Shown here one piece after another: positions 13,138 to 26,345 of a stretch of DNA of 57,314 bases (position 1 is its first letter; each line of letters opens with the position of its first letter). The notes under the pieces are model-generated. The model saw only the letters and a program-made list of their open reading frames with translations. It was not told the origin of the DNA and did not search any database. The position numbers and the translations under genes were made by a program. The stretch comes from Girardia tigrina. Taxonomy: Eukaryota. The stretch is taken from positions 1 through 57,314 of the forward strand of contig MQRK01170105.1 of assembly GCA_001938485.1 (NCBI GenBank), given 5' to 3'.

Positions 13138-14203
13138 TTAATAATAAAATTAATAATAGTAAGGATTAGTATTTATTTTCCGTTTTTAATTTTATAATAA
13201 TTTGTCTTTAAATATATATTTGATTCAATATTTTTAATTAATTCAAGAAAATATAATAAATTAGAAATTATATAAATTAGAAAAAGAAAAATCTATAAAT
13301 AAATCGTTGAAATTTTAATTAATTATTTAAAAAGTACCAGCTATTTTCCATTTTTAAAATATAAAGTTTGTCTTTAATTTAGAATTTCACTTATTAACAA
13401 TAATTAATTTTATTAATATATTAAAATAATTATTAATAAATTAAAAGATTTCTAAAAAAACTTATTAAATGAAACAAATCAAAATCAATAAATTGCAAGA
13501 AAAAATTATATTTTTATAACAGAGTAAATTAATAAGAAATAATTTTTTTAAAAGGTTCTTATACTTGTTAACAAGCAAATATAAAAGTACAAACTTACAA
13601 AATTGAAAGCTTTTTTTTCTTTTGATTATTTTTTTATTCTTTAATCAGTCAAAAAAACATGTCTCAATGGACCAGCAAGCCAAATTATATATTATTTCTA
13701 AAAGTTTTTAATTTCCTAACTAACACTATAAGACAGTTGTTATGGAGGTATTTATAAAAATGTTTGAGAAAAAAGTGATATTTGTCCTATAACTATATAA
13801 ATAAATTTTCATTACGATTATTGTTCTCAATTTTCCGTATTTATTTCAATTCATTTTTATATAATTGTATATATTTTGTCTACACGCACGTTTAGAAAAA
13901 AAACGTTATACTTTTAACAAAATTTTATTCATTATATATAATATTTTTATTCAATATTTATAATTAATAGGTATAAATGTCATTTCTAAAAAATGCATTT
14001 TTCCTATTAATTTTTTCAGAAAAAGGTAACATACTGTTTTCTGGCAAAGGTTTAAAAAGTAATTATCTATTCAGTAACGAAACATGATATCATATTAGAA
14101 TGTAAAAAAATAATTTTCGAATTAATTAAATTACTTTCCTTTAGATTTGGGCAAGCTTTTAGTGATACTATAAGGGTTTCATACTTAATTTCATTTTATT
14201 TAG

Positions 14204-15360
14204 TGGTTAGATGAACACGCCTGAGAAGGACGTTGCACGGTTATAAGCATTTCATAATTGCTGCACGAGGACAGCTTTCACGAAGACCAAACTCGACAGA
14301 ATCCCGAGTAAGGACATGACGATGGGACTGACAGGGGAAAGAGTGATTCTAGCCAAAAGACGCATAGTATTCTATGAATAAAATTCACAGAAGGGTGTAA
14401 CTGAGGTTCGAAGAGTTCTAAACTCTAAGATAGCCTCAGAAAATCACAGAATCAGCGGCCGTAAAAAGCAACTGATGAGAGAGCGTATTGCTCGCCATGT
14501 GCTCTAGATATTCAACTATCCGGCAGATTTGACAGAATACAGGGAAAGTCTAAACGAAAGAGGGCTTCTCGACATTGATGAAGAATTTAAACACCTAATC
14601 AAAGGGACCATATCTGAGCGATTGAAAGAGGCAATCGAGCACGAGAAAGAATATTCGAAAATGCTTCAGCCGCGCATCATAATATTAGCTTGCACATTCC
14701 CTTCTTGCTTTAAAGAATTTGCTGAGTAGAAGAAACTCACAAGACACACTAAGAATATGCATCTGGCGACGGCGCCAACGGCACAGAGAGGTGGTGGTTC
14801 ATTCATATGTCCGATGGAGAACTGCTACAAAACTTATAAAACTAATGGATGGCTACAACGGTATTTATTAATTGATCATCGAATCCAAGGTAATGGTACT
14901 ACGAACATCCAAGAAGTACACAGAGAAGAAACAGAAAAACGTACTGGACCTTTGAACTTGAACGCGGAACATGATATGCCAGTGTCTGTCGGTGTAACTG
15001 ATGAGGACTGTCTCAGAGTAATCCCTAGTGTGGTGCTGAATTTTAGGCTGGATAATATAACGGATGAAGGAATGTTTCATTGCCCATTTCCCCGTTGCAC
15101 AACGTGTGTTTATACAGCAAGAAGTCGCCAGAATCACGAAACGAAGGAACATTACTAGTCCTTTTTAGAGGGAAGCCAAAGCGTGCCCGTGCATTGAAAG
15201 CTTGCACTCTTGCATCTCAAACCGTATGAGAGGATCAGAAAACTTTGTATTTGTCAAATGGTTTCTACCCGATACAGAGTCTATGATTCACTACCCTGTG
15301 CGCCAATGTTGAGTATTATTTGTAATACACAGCTATTCGTAACAGTCGGGGGAGGCTTAT
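14204..15360 (+). mobile_element. 5'-truncated RTE-like LINE: post-RT region, three C2H2 zinc fingers and probable 3' UTR
   Basis: One frame read through stops: ARL*AFHNCCTR...KLDRIPSKDM...KRRIVFY...RISGRKKQLMRERI (compare RTE LxxFHxxCLR..W.DxI...RLRW...GRxKKRW). It then gives CTFPSC..H..H, CPMENC..H and CPFPRC..H..H fingers. Ends are approximate. Confidence 0.6.
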
Positions 15361-16813
15361 ACATTATTTTATAAGTTATTGGTTATTTCAATACACAAAT
15401 TAAATAAATATTTGTCAGTCAAGTAAAAAAAATCAATTGTGGATTAAGTTAAACCTATTTTGCGATTAGATCACAATCAAAAAACGATAATTACTGAAAC
15501 AATATTAATAAAGTTTTATAACCTCTTTTAAACATACAAAGTGATTCATTCAATCATATAAAAGTATTTTGACGTATTGGTCATCGGACTACATTTACAA
15601 TAAACGTTCCCTAAAATATAGAAATGACGATTCCAGGAAAGTGGAAAAAACATGTTTTTCAATAAGAATAAAATTCGAAATTAAATTTTCAAATAGTGAA
15701 CAAATCAAAATTATTAAAATATTTGATTTTTCTTGAAGAACAGAAGATGATTTTCCATGAACCTACACTTACTGCTGGCCGTCGCAATTAATCATATAAA
15801 ATAATGTTTTATTTAAAATATTATTTAATTATTTATTGAATTCTTATAACAAAAGTCCCACTAGGTCAGACGAATCAACGACGCCTTATTTTAAAACAAT
15901 TATTCGGTTTTTAATTATTTAATTTTTCTTTTCAAATACAATTTCGTTTGACATTACGGATAATTGTAGAAATTAGTAAAACAATTATATTTTTGTATGA
16001 TATATGGAGTAATTTATCAATATTGTTTAATAATTTTTTTATCTATTTTTTTTATTTTTTAAAGTATCTAATGAAGAAAAAAAGCGCAGTTATCATAGAA
16101 ATCAGAGTAGGAAAAGTAGTTTTTTTTATCTTTTAAAAAATCAGAAAGAAGAAAAGTAGTATATTTTCTAGAATTAATGTCAAAATCTTCAAATTAATCA
16201 CTGGGAGATTTGTAATCCGGGATCAAGGTGATCAATCATTATATGATGACAGTTTGGTCAGGCAATATCGAATTTTCTATATGAAAACGGACATTAAACT
16301 ATAGATACTAATTCATAATCCATCATCTTCATAGATTATTGTTAGATATTTCTGTCTTCAGATACATTAGAAAATGTGATTTGAATCTGTAATACTTTTT
16401 TCACCAATCAACAAAATTTGGAAATTATTGAAATGATAAAAATTAAAGGAAAAAGAAAGTTTTTCTAATAAAATATAATATTTTATAAAGTGCGAAAAAT
16501 TTGTCTTATTCTATACAACAACTTCCTTTATTGAAATATAGGAATGAAATGCTTATTAACAAGATATAAAAAAATTGGAATTTTAAAAAAATAAAACTTT
16601 ATATTTATGTTAAAACCTTCAAACAAGGGTATTAATAATCGATCAAGGTTTAAAAAACACTAACAACTTTCAATAATTATAAAACGCTTAAGTACTTTTA
16701 GCCTGAAATACACATGTACTTTATATAAATAGTACTTTGATTAATGGAAGGATATCAGGATTATTAAGAGATCAATCATTTAATAAATGTTCGTTAAATG
16801 AAATATTCTCATT

Positions 16814-16917
16814 CTGTTTTCAGCAGTCTGCAGTTTTCCCCAGAGACTTACCGGTGGTAACAGAGTCTTGGCTTTGCTGGGCCCATTTTTTATGTCTTTA
16901 ATTTCTGTTGGGCTTAT
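16814..16917 (-). other. Unassigned structured repeat, copy C
   Basis: Minus strand AAUGGGCCCAGCA...CUGUUACCACCGGUAAGUCUCUGGG-GAAA-ACUGCAGACUGCUGAAAACA. Confidence 0.6.
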
Positions 16918-17290
16918 TGTTCGAAATACCCAAAGAAACATTTTTTCAAATCCAAAAAATAAAAATCGTTTCAATTGGCATCAAAATTATATTTCATCTC
17001 AATTAAATCAAAATTATTTTAATTAAAAAACTCGAACATTCAATCGCAAACCAAGTTGTAAATAATTGACAAAAATTGTTTTCAATTAATCTTTGAAAAA
17101 TCGAAAATGATCGAGAAAATTTCAACAATTTCAGACTCGACAACGCGGTTATCCAATAACATTTACACAAATACACCCGACAAGTAATCGCCAGGGTCCA
17201 ACCCAAACAAAATTCAAACAAAGAACTCTTTAAAAAAGATGGCAATTTTTTATTATAAACAAATAAACGCCATTTAAAAATATATTTTAG

Positions 17291-17329
17291 GATAATATAT
17301 TTCGACGGTTTAACCGTCATCATCAGATC
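17291..17329 (-). ncRNA. Minimal hammerhead ribozyme motif (best preserved Penelope copy)
   Basis: Minus strand GAU-CUGAUGA-U-GACGGU(UAA)ACCGUC-GAAA-UAUA-UU|AUC, with stem I GAU/AUC, 6-bp stem II and palindromic AUAUAU stem III. Confidence 0.8.
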
Positions 17330-17676
17330 ACTGATTATGTTGTTTTTATTAATTTTTATACATCGGCGAGACTGCCTATCATCTCTGCAAAAGGGTCCAA
17401 GAACACAGTCAAAAAAGGGAAAAGAGTAATATTGCTGAGCATAAAAAAACGTGTAAATGTAATATAAACATAAATGATTTTAAGATTTTGTGCAAGCATT
17501 TTAAAAATTATTGGGAGTGGTATGTGAAGCATTGTTGATAAGATTATGTGATCCTAAAATCAATGTTCAAGCAGCACTCTCAACTAATTTGTAAAGAGTT
17601 TTCGATTAGACTTACGTAAGTGATTGCATAATCATTCATTTCTTATATAAAAGCAATAAAAAAGAACATAATCAGT

Positions 17677-17716
17677 GATTTGATGATGACGGTTAAACCG
17701 TCGAAATATTTTATCC
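17677..17716 (+). ncRNA. Mutated hammerhead motif in the sense Penelope arm
   Basis: UUGAUGA (C3 to U) with the same stem II and GAAA. The stem III palindrome is broken. Confidence 0.6.
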
Positions 17717-19293
17717 TAAAATATATTTTTAAATGGCGTGTATTTGTTTATAAAGAACTCTTTGTCAGTGTTTTTTTTAATTTGTGTGTTATTTAAATTT
17801 GAAACATTTATTAATTATCTGAATAATCATTTTTTAAATTTTTTTTATTAATTTTTATTTAACTTATTTAGTTCCTTTCTTAGTTTAACATTTCATTATA
17901 TCACTCAAGAAATATATTATTCAGCAAATGTTATTCAAAAGTAAAACAATTTGTACGACATTTAACAACAATTTTAAAACAATTGAACCTTGAAACATTT
18001 TGTTTTTGGATAGTAGAGGAGTCATTTAGAATATAAAATAAATATAATAAAAATAGAATTAGAAATTTAACTTGAAAGTATGAAAACCCTTCATAAAGAC
18101 AATGAAACGTTACATATTTCTTTCACTTTTCATTTTCTTTCTAGTCTCTTTTGTATTTTTATTTATACCTGTTGTAAAAATTCGTTTCTTCTGAAACTTA
18201 TTTCTATATATATCTCAAGGAACTAATTTTAAAGGACAATAATTATAAGACATGAGTTATAAAATGGTATTTTGGAAGAATTCGATAGCTAACCTCTTAA
18301 ACATGAGTAGTATATAAATATATATATATATATATATGACTATTGTGTTGATGATTCAAATAAAAAAACAAATTTGATTATTACACATTGAAAGATAATT
18401 TATCTTTAATTTAATTCTGTGTTTTGAAAAATAAAAAACAAAATAAATAATAAAAAATCTAATCGGTATAAATCAGAAATAACAATAAAATATTTACCAT
18501 AAAATTCATAGATTAACTTTGAATATAAGGGAGACGTTGTAACATGCTAATATATAAATAAGCATATAACAGTAAAGCAGAATTGATAACCTTTACCTGA
18601 GTCATAGTAAACGTTTAGTTTGAAATCTTGGTTCAAAACAAAATAACTTCATTATATGCTTCATTAGATTATCTTTTTTTCTGGACTTCTTCTTTTACCT
18701 TTGGGTAAGGGATGATGATCTACATGTGGTTTGATTTCACCTAATTGGCGTGGTTAAATTAAATTAATTAAACTCTCTACAAAGTTATAATTAAACAACG
18801 AATGTTGGAAAACATTAAAATTTGAGTTTTCTTTGTCAAAGCCTTCAATCCCGCTACATTGTTCAACTTTTAAATTTGAAATTTTAGAGGGTGGGGTAAT
18901 TACCCCTTTACCACCCCCTTCTGGATCCACCTTTGGTTATAATGTAACAAAAAATCATGAATATAATCGAAGCAATGTTTGGAATAGAAGCATAAATTGC
19001 CGAGACAAACATTAAACTATTTAATAAAATCATGACATTTCGAAATATTTAAAAAAAAAAATAAATGCAGTAAAATCAATTTGAAAAAATAAAACGAAAC
19101 TTTAATATTTCGATTTTCTAACTAAAAATACTCATTAAAATGTGTAAAGTAATTTTAAAAAACAAATATTAGATAAAAGATTTTTAATTATTAATAATGA
19201 TAAAATTTTTTTTTCAATCGTAATTAAAATTGCTCATTAATAATTATTATTTTAAATATTGTATTTCTTTTTACTTTTAACTGTATAATGTCC

Positions 19294-19411
19294 ATGTTCC
19301 GCCTGATTCTTAGTTTGCCCCAAGAATCGGACGGAGGTAACATCGTTACCCAACGAATACTAATTTTCGCTGTCGTGCTGGTGCCCATTGATATAGATAA
19401 TGTGACGGTTT
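19294..19411 (-). other. Unassigned structured repeat, copy B
   Basis: Minus strand CCGUCACAUUAUCUAUAUCAAUGGGCACCAGCACGACAGCGAAAAUU...GAUGUUACCUCCGUCCGAUUCUUGGG-GCAA-ACUAAGAAUCAGGCGGAACA. Alignable end to end with 33766-33882. Confidence 0.75.
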
Positions 19412-21154
19412 GTGACTGTAAAAATAAAGAATTAGCTAATTTGTAGAATTCTTTATTTTTACAATAGATAAAAGTATCAACAATGACACCAATTGTAATG
19501 GAAAATGAGAGTGAGTGGATCACTATCTTCCATTAACTAAATAAATTAACAAACACAAAATAATCTGGAAAATTTATTAACAAAAGGTTGTTTCAGGATT
19601 GTTGGTATTAGTGGTATGAAATAAAAAGATTGTTTTCCGGAGTTCCAAATCAGCAATAAGTATATTTCCGTACCAGTAAAAATGTGTCATCTGAAATCAT
19701 CAACATCAGATTTGCTGAACAAATGTTGATTCCATGTTTAGACTGCTACTAAACATTCATCGGGTGAAACTCACTATGCGAGTGGTTTAGGTGTCGGTAG
19801 TTTGATGGAAATTCGTCGGCGTGAGTGCCAAGTGAGACAAATTTCCAGTACTGACTAAACCAGAAAAAAACCGATAAATGATTAGTGCTCCGGTTGGATG
19901 CGTCGCAGCTAATGTTATGGAAATCGATTTGTTGATTTTCTCCATGCGACAAAGATCCGCTGACATTGACTGGTACCGTATACATACATACTAATTTAGG
20001 ATGGTAGAAATCTAGTATTTCGACCCATGGTCGACGTATTATGTGTTTGCATAGTGGAACATGTAGCAACATACATAAAAATAACATTGTCGTGCTTTAA
20101 ACAAAATATACTCACTTGTTACAGGAAATGAAAGACAGATTAATTAAATCAAACTCTTAATAAAAGTTACACATAAAAATTCGAATTATCGGTATGATAG
20201 TTAAAAATAATCATAATAAACCGTGCCTTATGATATTTGTGAGGTAGTCAATCGATTAATTGATGGTTATGACACAACTGCATGTTATCACAGGATCTGA
20301 CATTGAATTCTCTCTTTTAATTTGACAAATTCTGGCGGGTTGTGTTCCGTTAAACGAACCAATTTTATCCAGTATGACACTAATGCAATCCGAATCCGAG
20401 GATCTCCAACGTTGTATTTCGGATAAAAAACACGTCGTTTGCCGTCTTTTTTTCCTCGTGCAGTGGAAACAACTGCTTTTACCTATTAAAAATCTGATTA
20501 GAAATGATCTCTAGCGATAGACATTGACAACTTGGATTTGGATTTAATTCAATTGATTTTTTTTTAATTTTTTAAATCCATAATTTAATATATATATATA
20601 TATATATAAATATTAATGAAAATGTAGAATCACTACAGTGACAATCAATTTTTACTTCGAACATTTATTGATAATAGACAATTTGAATCAGAGGTAGCAA
20701 ATAGAAGTTATGCTTAGAATTAATTTATTTGTTCAAAGTATAATACATGAATCACTCGGTCTTCAAAAATTAAGAATGAACAATATCATAAACTACATTC
20801 ATTATTCAAAGATTCACACAAAACTTTTGTTTCAAATTCAAAACAATAATCACTTTTTGTCCCACCATCTGTACATTGTCACCAACAAAAAAAAACGAAA
20901 CTCAATCAGAATCAGAATTCTTTTCTTTTTGATTAATTGTGATTAATTAATTTTGATTATCAATCGAAATTTTTTCCAGCAAATCAAATTCGACGGAACG
21001 AACCAAACAGACATTGACGTCACAAATTACGTGATTCAACAACAAAATTTAATGATTTTTTTTAAAACTGAATTAAATTCAGTTAATTTCGAATTCTTTC
21101 CGAATTAATATTTTTTCTTTTTCTTTTTGATTTCTTTTTCAACTTATTATTTAT

Positions 21155-21192
<38 letters not shown>

Positions 21193-24100
21193 ATCCAAAC
21201 CAATAAAATTCTCAGAGATTGTCATTCATGATATAGGAAGTTATGAATAGAATTGAAAGTTCGAGGCAAGGTGGAGAAGGCTGAGAGATATAATAATAAT
21301 AACAATGTATAAATAATACTATGATACTATTCCAATCCCAAACAGTCCATTAAATATAAAGTTTTTAATTTTGATTTAAAGGTTTAATTATATATCGTAA
21401 TTGCTAAGAATTTATTAAGATGTAATTTGTCTTGTTTTGAAAATTATAATAATAGAACATATTAATATAGTTATATAAATAATATTATAATATTAATAAA
21501 ATTATAATATTAAAATATTAAACATATAACAATATTAATAATATTATAATGTTAATAATATTAATGAGGATAATAATAGTAGACAGTTACTATATTTTTT
21601 TCTATTTTTCTTAAAAAGATATTCTAGAACAAAATACTACTAAAATTATTGAGTTGTGGAAAGAATAAAAAGATGTTCAGACAAATAAAGTATAAAGGAG
21701 GAAATATCTGTCGACAGAAATCGGTAATTAGTTTAGTTGTGATACCCTTTATTAACGTAAAGATCTTTTGCAAAAATTTTTGGCGAAAATCATTCTTTTG
21801 ATATGTTTCAAATGAAACAGAAAACATATTTATTGTCTTCATTTTGTGATTTGTATCTTAAAAGAGATTTAATTGTATTACAACAACAGAAAAAGGAAAT
21901 ACGTTTTTTGCTTGTTTTTACTTTATTTTCTTATTTCAAAAGAAACAATAATTAATTTTGTTCTCCTGTAAAACATAAATAGTTCAAAGAATCTGATAAT
22001 ATGTTTATTTGACCATATAAATTTAATTAGGATTTATTTATATATTTATATTTTTTTCTTTTAATATTTTTTTAATTTATATATTTTTTATATATTATTT
22101 GATTCGATTTGAAAATTATAAGTTATTATTAAAAACCAATTAAATATAAGTATTTTAGTTTTTAATATTATAATTATAATTACATTTATATGTTACTTAT
22201 AATATTATTTATATAAAATATAATGAAACAACAAATAATTGAAAAAATAATAATTTATAAATTATCTATATTTAATTTGGTAGAATAGTTTTGTATTGAA
22301 AGAATCACAAAGTGAAACGGTTTTGATATTAATATAACATTTGTTTAATATCGAGTTGAACAGAAGTTTTAGTTCTATTTTCAAAAGATGCAACTTCCAT
22401 TACTTCTCCATTTGAAGTTTTAATTTTATTTTATGACGTGTATTCCGAGAGGTGACATTTCGACGTTTTTTATTCAGAATAGATAAGTTGGTTTAACTTT
22501 TAGAAAATTGGTGTATATTTTAAATGAGAAAAGCATCGTAAGAAAAACACCGTACAAATAGCAAAAAAGATATTGTATGTTCATAGAGATGCAGCAGTAG
22601 ACGAGCAAATAATTAGACTGATATTTGAAAGGTTTTGAACTGGACATTTTATCTTGAAAGATAAGCAATCAAAAGAAGGCCTTTAGAAAACGATAATGAG
22701 AAAATTGTTGTAATTTATGAGAAAAAAAATAATGGATCGATTATCGGTCCATAATTTGCACCTGAAACGCCATAAAATCGATTCATTTTTGAAAAAAAGA
22801 TTATTACAAGTGATTATATATGAATGGTGTTTTTGCAGTCTCTAGGTTGCCCCCGTCATTTATTTTAACTTTTCAAATCAAGTAATCAGTCATAAAGTTT
22901 GAACATAATTTTTCGAAACAACAATCAAAGGCAGGCTTTCACTAAATATCATTTAAAAACCAAATAAAACGCCTTATCACTCACTCTGATTGGTTAGCGA
23001 ATCAGAATGAATCTAGTTCCTTCGAAATATACAGTCATTTTCGCACTAAGTTCGAATACTTCAATTAATTATTCATCGGCTCTCAGGTCAATCCAATCCG
23101 AACAAATAAGTCTTTGTTCTGTAGTTTGAATTCAAATTTTAATAATAATAATATTTTTAATAATTAATTTAAGTTCTGTTTATTCTATGTGTATGCATAT
23201 TTATTTACATACATATAACATTAATAAAGCGAAATTATATCAGCAATAGTGACATTCAAAATTAATAAAATAAAGATTTTGAATAACAATAAACGATTTA
23301 ATATTGATAGATTGTCTTTGAGGCATGAAAGGGCAGCATTTGAATATAGATAGAAATGCAAAATATAAATAAAGATTATAATTTTTAAATTCTAAAACAA
23401 ATGGTTTACAACAATGTTGAGAGAAATCAAGATTAGCACCTTTATCATCTCAAAACTAATCTTCTGATAAGCGTTATTTGGTACAATCTGCAGGTTGCCC
23501 TAGAAACTGAACGATGGTAGCAAAGTCATTACACTGGATTTGCTGCTTTGTTCAATATATAATTCAATATAATTCAAATTATTATTTTTTATTTTAATTT
23601 AAATTGTTTATTTTTATTTGTATTCATATTTTTATATTTATACATATATAATCATAAAAAAACAGAATAGATCAGCGAATAAGCAATTCAAAATAAAAAA
23701 AGAACTATTCAAATCTGAGTTGAACGGTCGTCTTTGGACAGAAAAGGAGACAGAAGAGAAAATAATTGGAAGGGATTCTTTATTTAAGGCTTCTTTCAAA
23801 CTACTAAACGATAAGTTCTGGTTGGTTTTGTTCAATATTGAATAATGCCATGGAAACATTTGTAGAAAAGTGACCAGAATTGGTAAACAAAAAACGTTAT
23901 GTTTTATCAAACAACTCTAGAATCAACGCTTTTGTGAATCAAGTAAAAAAACTCTAATGCAACACATCCCTTATTCACTAAACCTTGAATCTTCTAGCAA
24001 AATACTTACATTTTGGTCTTTTTGCTAAGAAAGATTGAAGTTCTAGGATGAATGAATTCTAAAGCTGTTTGGTAACAAAATACTGATTAAAATGCTCAAT

Positions 24101-24929
24101 TATCATTGAATAAAGGTTCATTTGTATTTGATGAAAAAATATTTCTTTGTATCTAATTCAAAACTAAAAACTTTATTCACAAATTAATTTTAATTAAAAG
24201 TACATTAATTAAAAAAATAACTTAAATTATTTATGAAATATAATACGATGTAACAGACAATATTTTTGTGTTATTTTTTTAAAATTTAATTAGTAATATA
24301 TAAATATATAAATATATAATATTTAAATATTTTTATTCAGCGACATTTCTCTTTTTAAAAAAAATAGTTTTACAACTGTTAATTTAAGTTGATATTTCCG
24401 TCTATTTGTCATTTTTTCTGTCACATTTTTTCTTGTAATTTAGTATTTTTTAAAATAAATTCAAAAGATGTTTCCTTTTAGTTAGAGAAGCGAAGAAAAA
24501 ATCAAAAAATAAAATTCTGATTTCATTAAGAAGAATAAGGAATAATATCTATCTCGATGGTATTCCCAATAAGTATAAGACAATCTACATTGCGAAATTT
24601 ATTTGTATCGTAAATTTAAGAAAATAACCGAATGATTTTGAAAAAAAATTAAAAATTACTAAAAAATTAAAGAAAATTTATTTTAATTAACTAAATTAAA
24701 TTTCTCATTACAAAAAAACTTTGGTTCTCCCATCCTTCTTATTTTGTATTAATAAATATTAATCTAACTTATATAAACATTGTAATAATGATGGCAAATT
24801 GTTTTTAAAATATACAAAGTGCTCACCATAATTTATTGTTGTTAATTTCAACGAATATCCTTAAAATATACTAAAAATATTTTTTTAACTTTAAAAATTG
24901 TGTATAAATTATGTAAGAAAGGAAATTTG

Positions 24930-25150
24930 TTCATCCATAAATCTATCTGTTCAGATGGTTTATGTTACAATTTAGTTTATCATTTTCAATGCAATTGATA
25001 TGACGCAACATACATCGGAGAGACATGTCGTCATCTATGTAAGAGAAATCAGGAACATAATCAAAAGGAAAGTAACAGTAAATTTGCTCAACATAAAAAG
25101 CATTGTTTAAATAGTAGGATGGTTTAAGTAATTTTAGGATTTTGTGCTGA
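24930..25150 (+). pseudogene. Penelope GIY-YIG relic
   Basis: VYHFQCN*YDATYIGETCRHLCKRNQEHNQKESNSKFAQHKKHC. Confidence 0.8.
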
Positions 25151-26038
25151 CAGTTTAATAAGAACTGAGTGTTTTGAATTCAAATCTTAAATTTCTATTA
25201 TATTTAAATTATTATTTATATGCAACATTGAATCTCTCTCATCTGCTCTAGAGTCATAAACTCAATCTGTGATTTGAATGACAATTTCTAAAAAGATTTT
25301 ATCTCCTTTTGTTTTGTTATATAAGTATATATTGTATAAAATAATAATTAAAAAATAAATAATAATATAAAAATTTTAAATAAAAGAAAAAATTTCAAAA
25401 AAATGTGTAAATAATTTTAAGATTATTAAAAATTTATTCGAAATCGAGTTATGTGACTAATTGTCTTCGTTTTCAGTTAGTTTTTGTTGTTGTTATTTAT
25501 TCGCTATGCCCGATTGAAGGTCAGTTTGGTGTCCTGCTGGTGTGTATCGAATTTTTTTGAGCCGAGTGATGAGATGAAATGGTAAATAACTAGCCCTGAT
25601 TGGCTGCCCAATCAAAGCGAGTTACTAAATCAAATTATTTACCGCTTTTATCGATTTAAAAAAAATTTAATTCGTTTTTGTCTTTAATGCAGATTTTCAA
25701 ACTGTTTTTTTATTTTTCAAACGATTTATGCTTAATTTGTGGCTTGCTATAATCGAAATATCGAGGATAACTTTTTAAAGTGAACATTTATCATAGCTAC
25801 TGTATTTCTTTATTTTAAAGGACAAAAAGTCAAATTTTTTAAATTGCTTTTAGTTTGTCTGAAGATTATCGGAACAGATTATTTAATGAAAATCTGTTAA
25901 CTCAATCGTCAAAATAAAGTTTATCAATTAACAAATTTTATCTTTGACGAACATTTTGAATTATTATATTCTTATTTTCAAATTTGATTCAAATTATCAT
26001 CTTCAATTTAAATTTTGATAATGAAGACAATAATAAAA

Positions 26039-26143
26039 GACGGGCCCAGCAAAATTAATCCGAGATCTTTTTCAATCATTCTTAAATCGCTACTGCTACT
26101 ACCTCCCAGTATTCGGGGAAACTCGTAGATCGGGAGAAATACT
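26039..26143 (+). other. Unassigned structured repeat, copy D
   Basis: GACGGGCCCAGCA...UGCUACUACCUCCCAGUAUUCGGG-GAAA-CUCGUAGAUCGGGAGAAAUA. Confidence 0.55.
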
Positions 26144-26345
26144 GAGAGTGGTTAATGAAGCACTTATGATCAAATTTTTGTAAAGTCAATGTTCAAACAC
26201 TATCTTCTTAAACTTTACCAAAAGTACTTTTATAATTTTAAAATTACATAACAATTGCACAAATATTTTTTGGTAAATAAATTACAATATATTATTGTTC
26301 ATTTAGTCTGATGATGGTTGATCCGCCAAAATTAATAACAATACA
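26144..26345 (+). mobile_element. Decayed Penelope 3' tail with degenerate hammerhead
   Basis: gagagtg..tgaagcacttatgatcaaa..aaagtcaatgttcaaac matches the other PLE tails. ctgatgatggttgatccgccaaaa at ~26308 is a decayed core. Confidence 0.55.

Larger units (their letters stand above)
17232..17751 (+). mobile_element. Short Penelope-like insertion with inverted terminal arms and 12-bp TSD
   Basis: Direct repeat aaagaactcttt at 17220-17231 and 17752-17763. Internal YIGETAYHLCKRVQEH...SNIAEHKKTC. ~17254-17350 is the reverse complement of ~17655-17751. Confidence 0.9.

Noticed and set aside
14473-14500. ctgatga followed by a gagc/gctc hairpin
   Set aside because: No GAAA box after stem II, and it lies within LINE coding sequence.
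16855-16920. Twister-like topology on the + strand of copy C (UAA-CAGA...GCCC...UCUG..GGGC)
   Set aside because: Lacks the AAGC loop segment and the catalytic GA, and the pairing is not reproduced in copies A, B and D.
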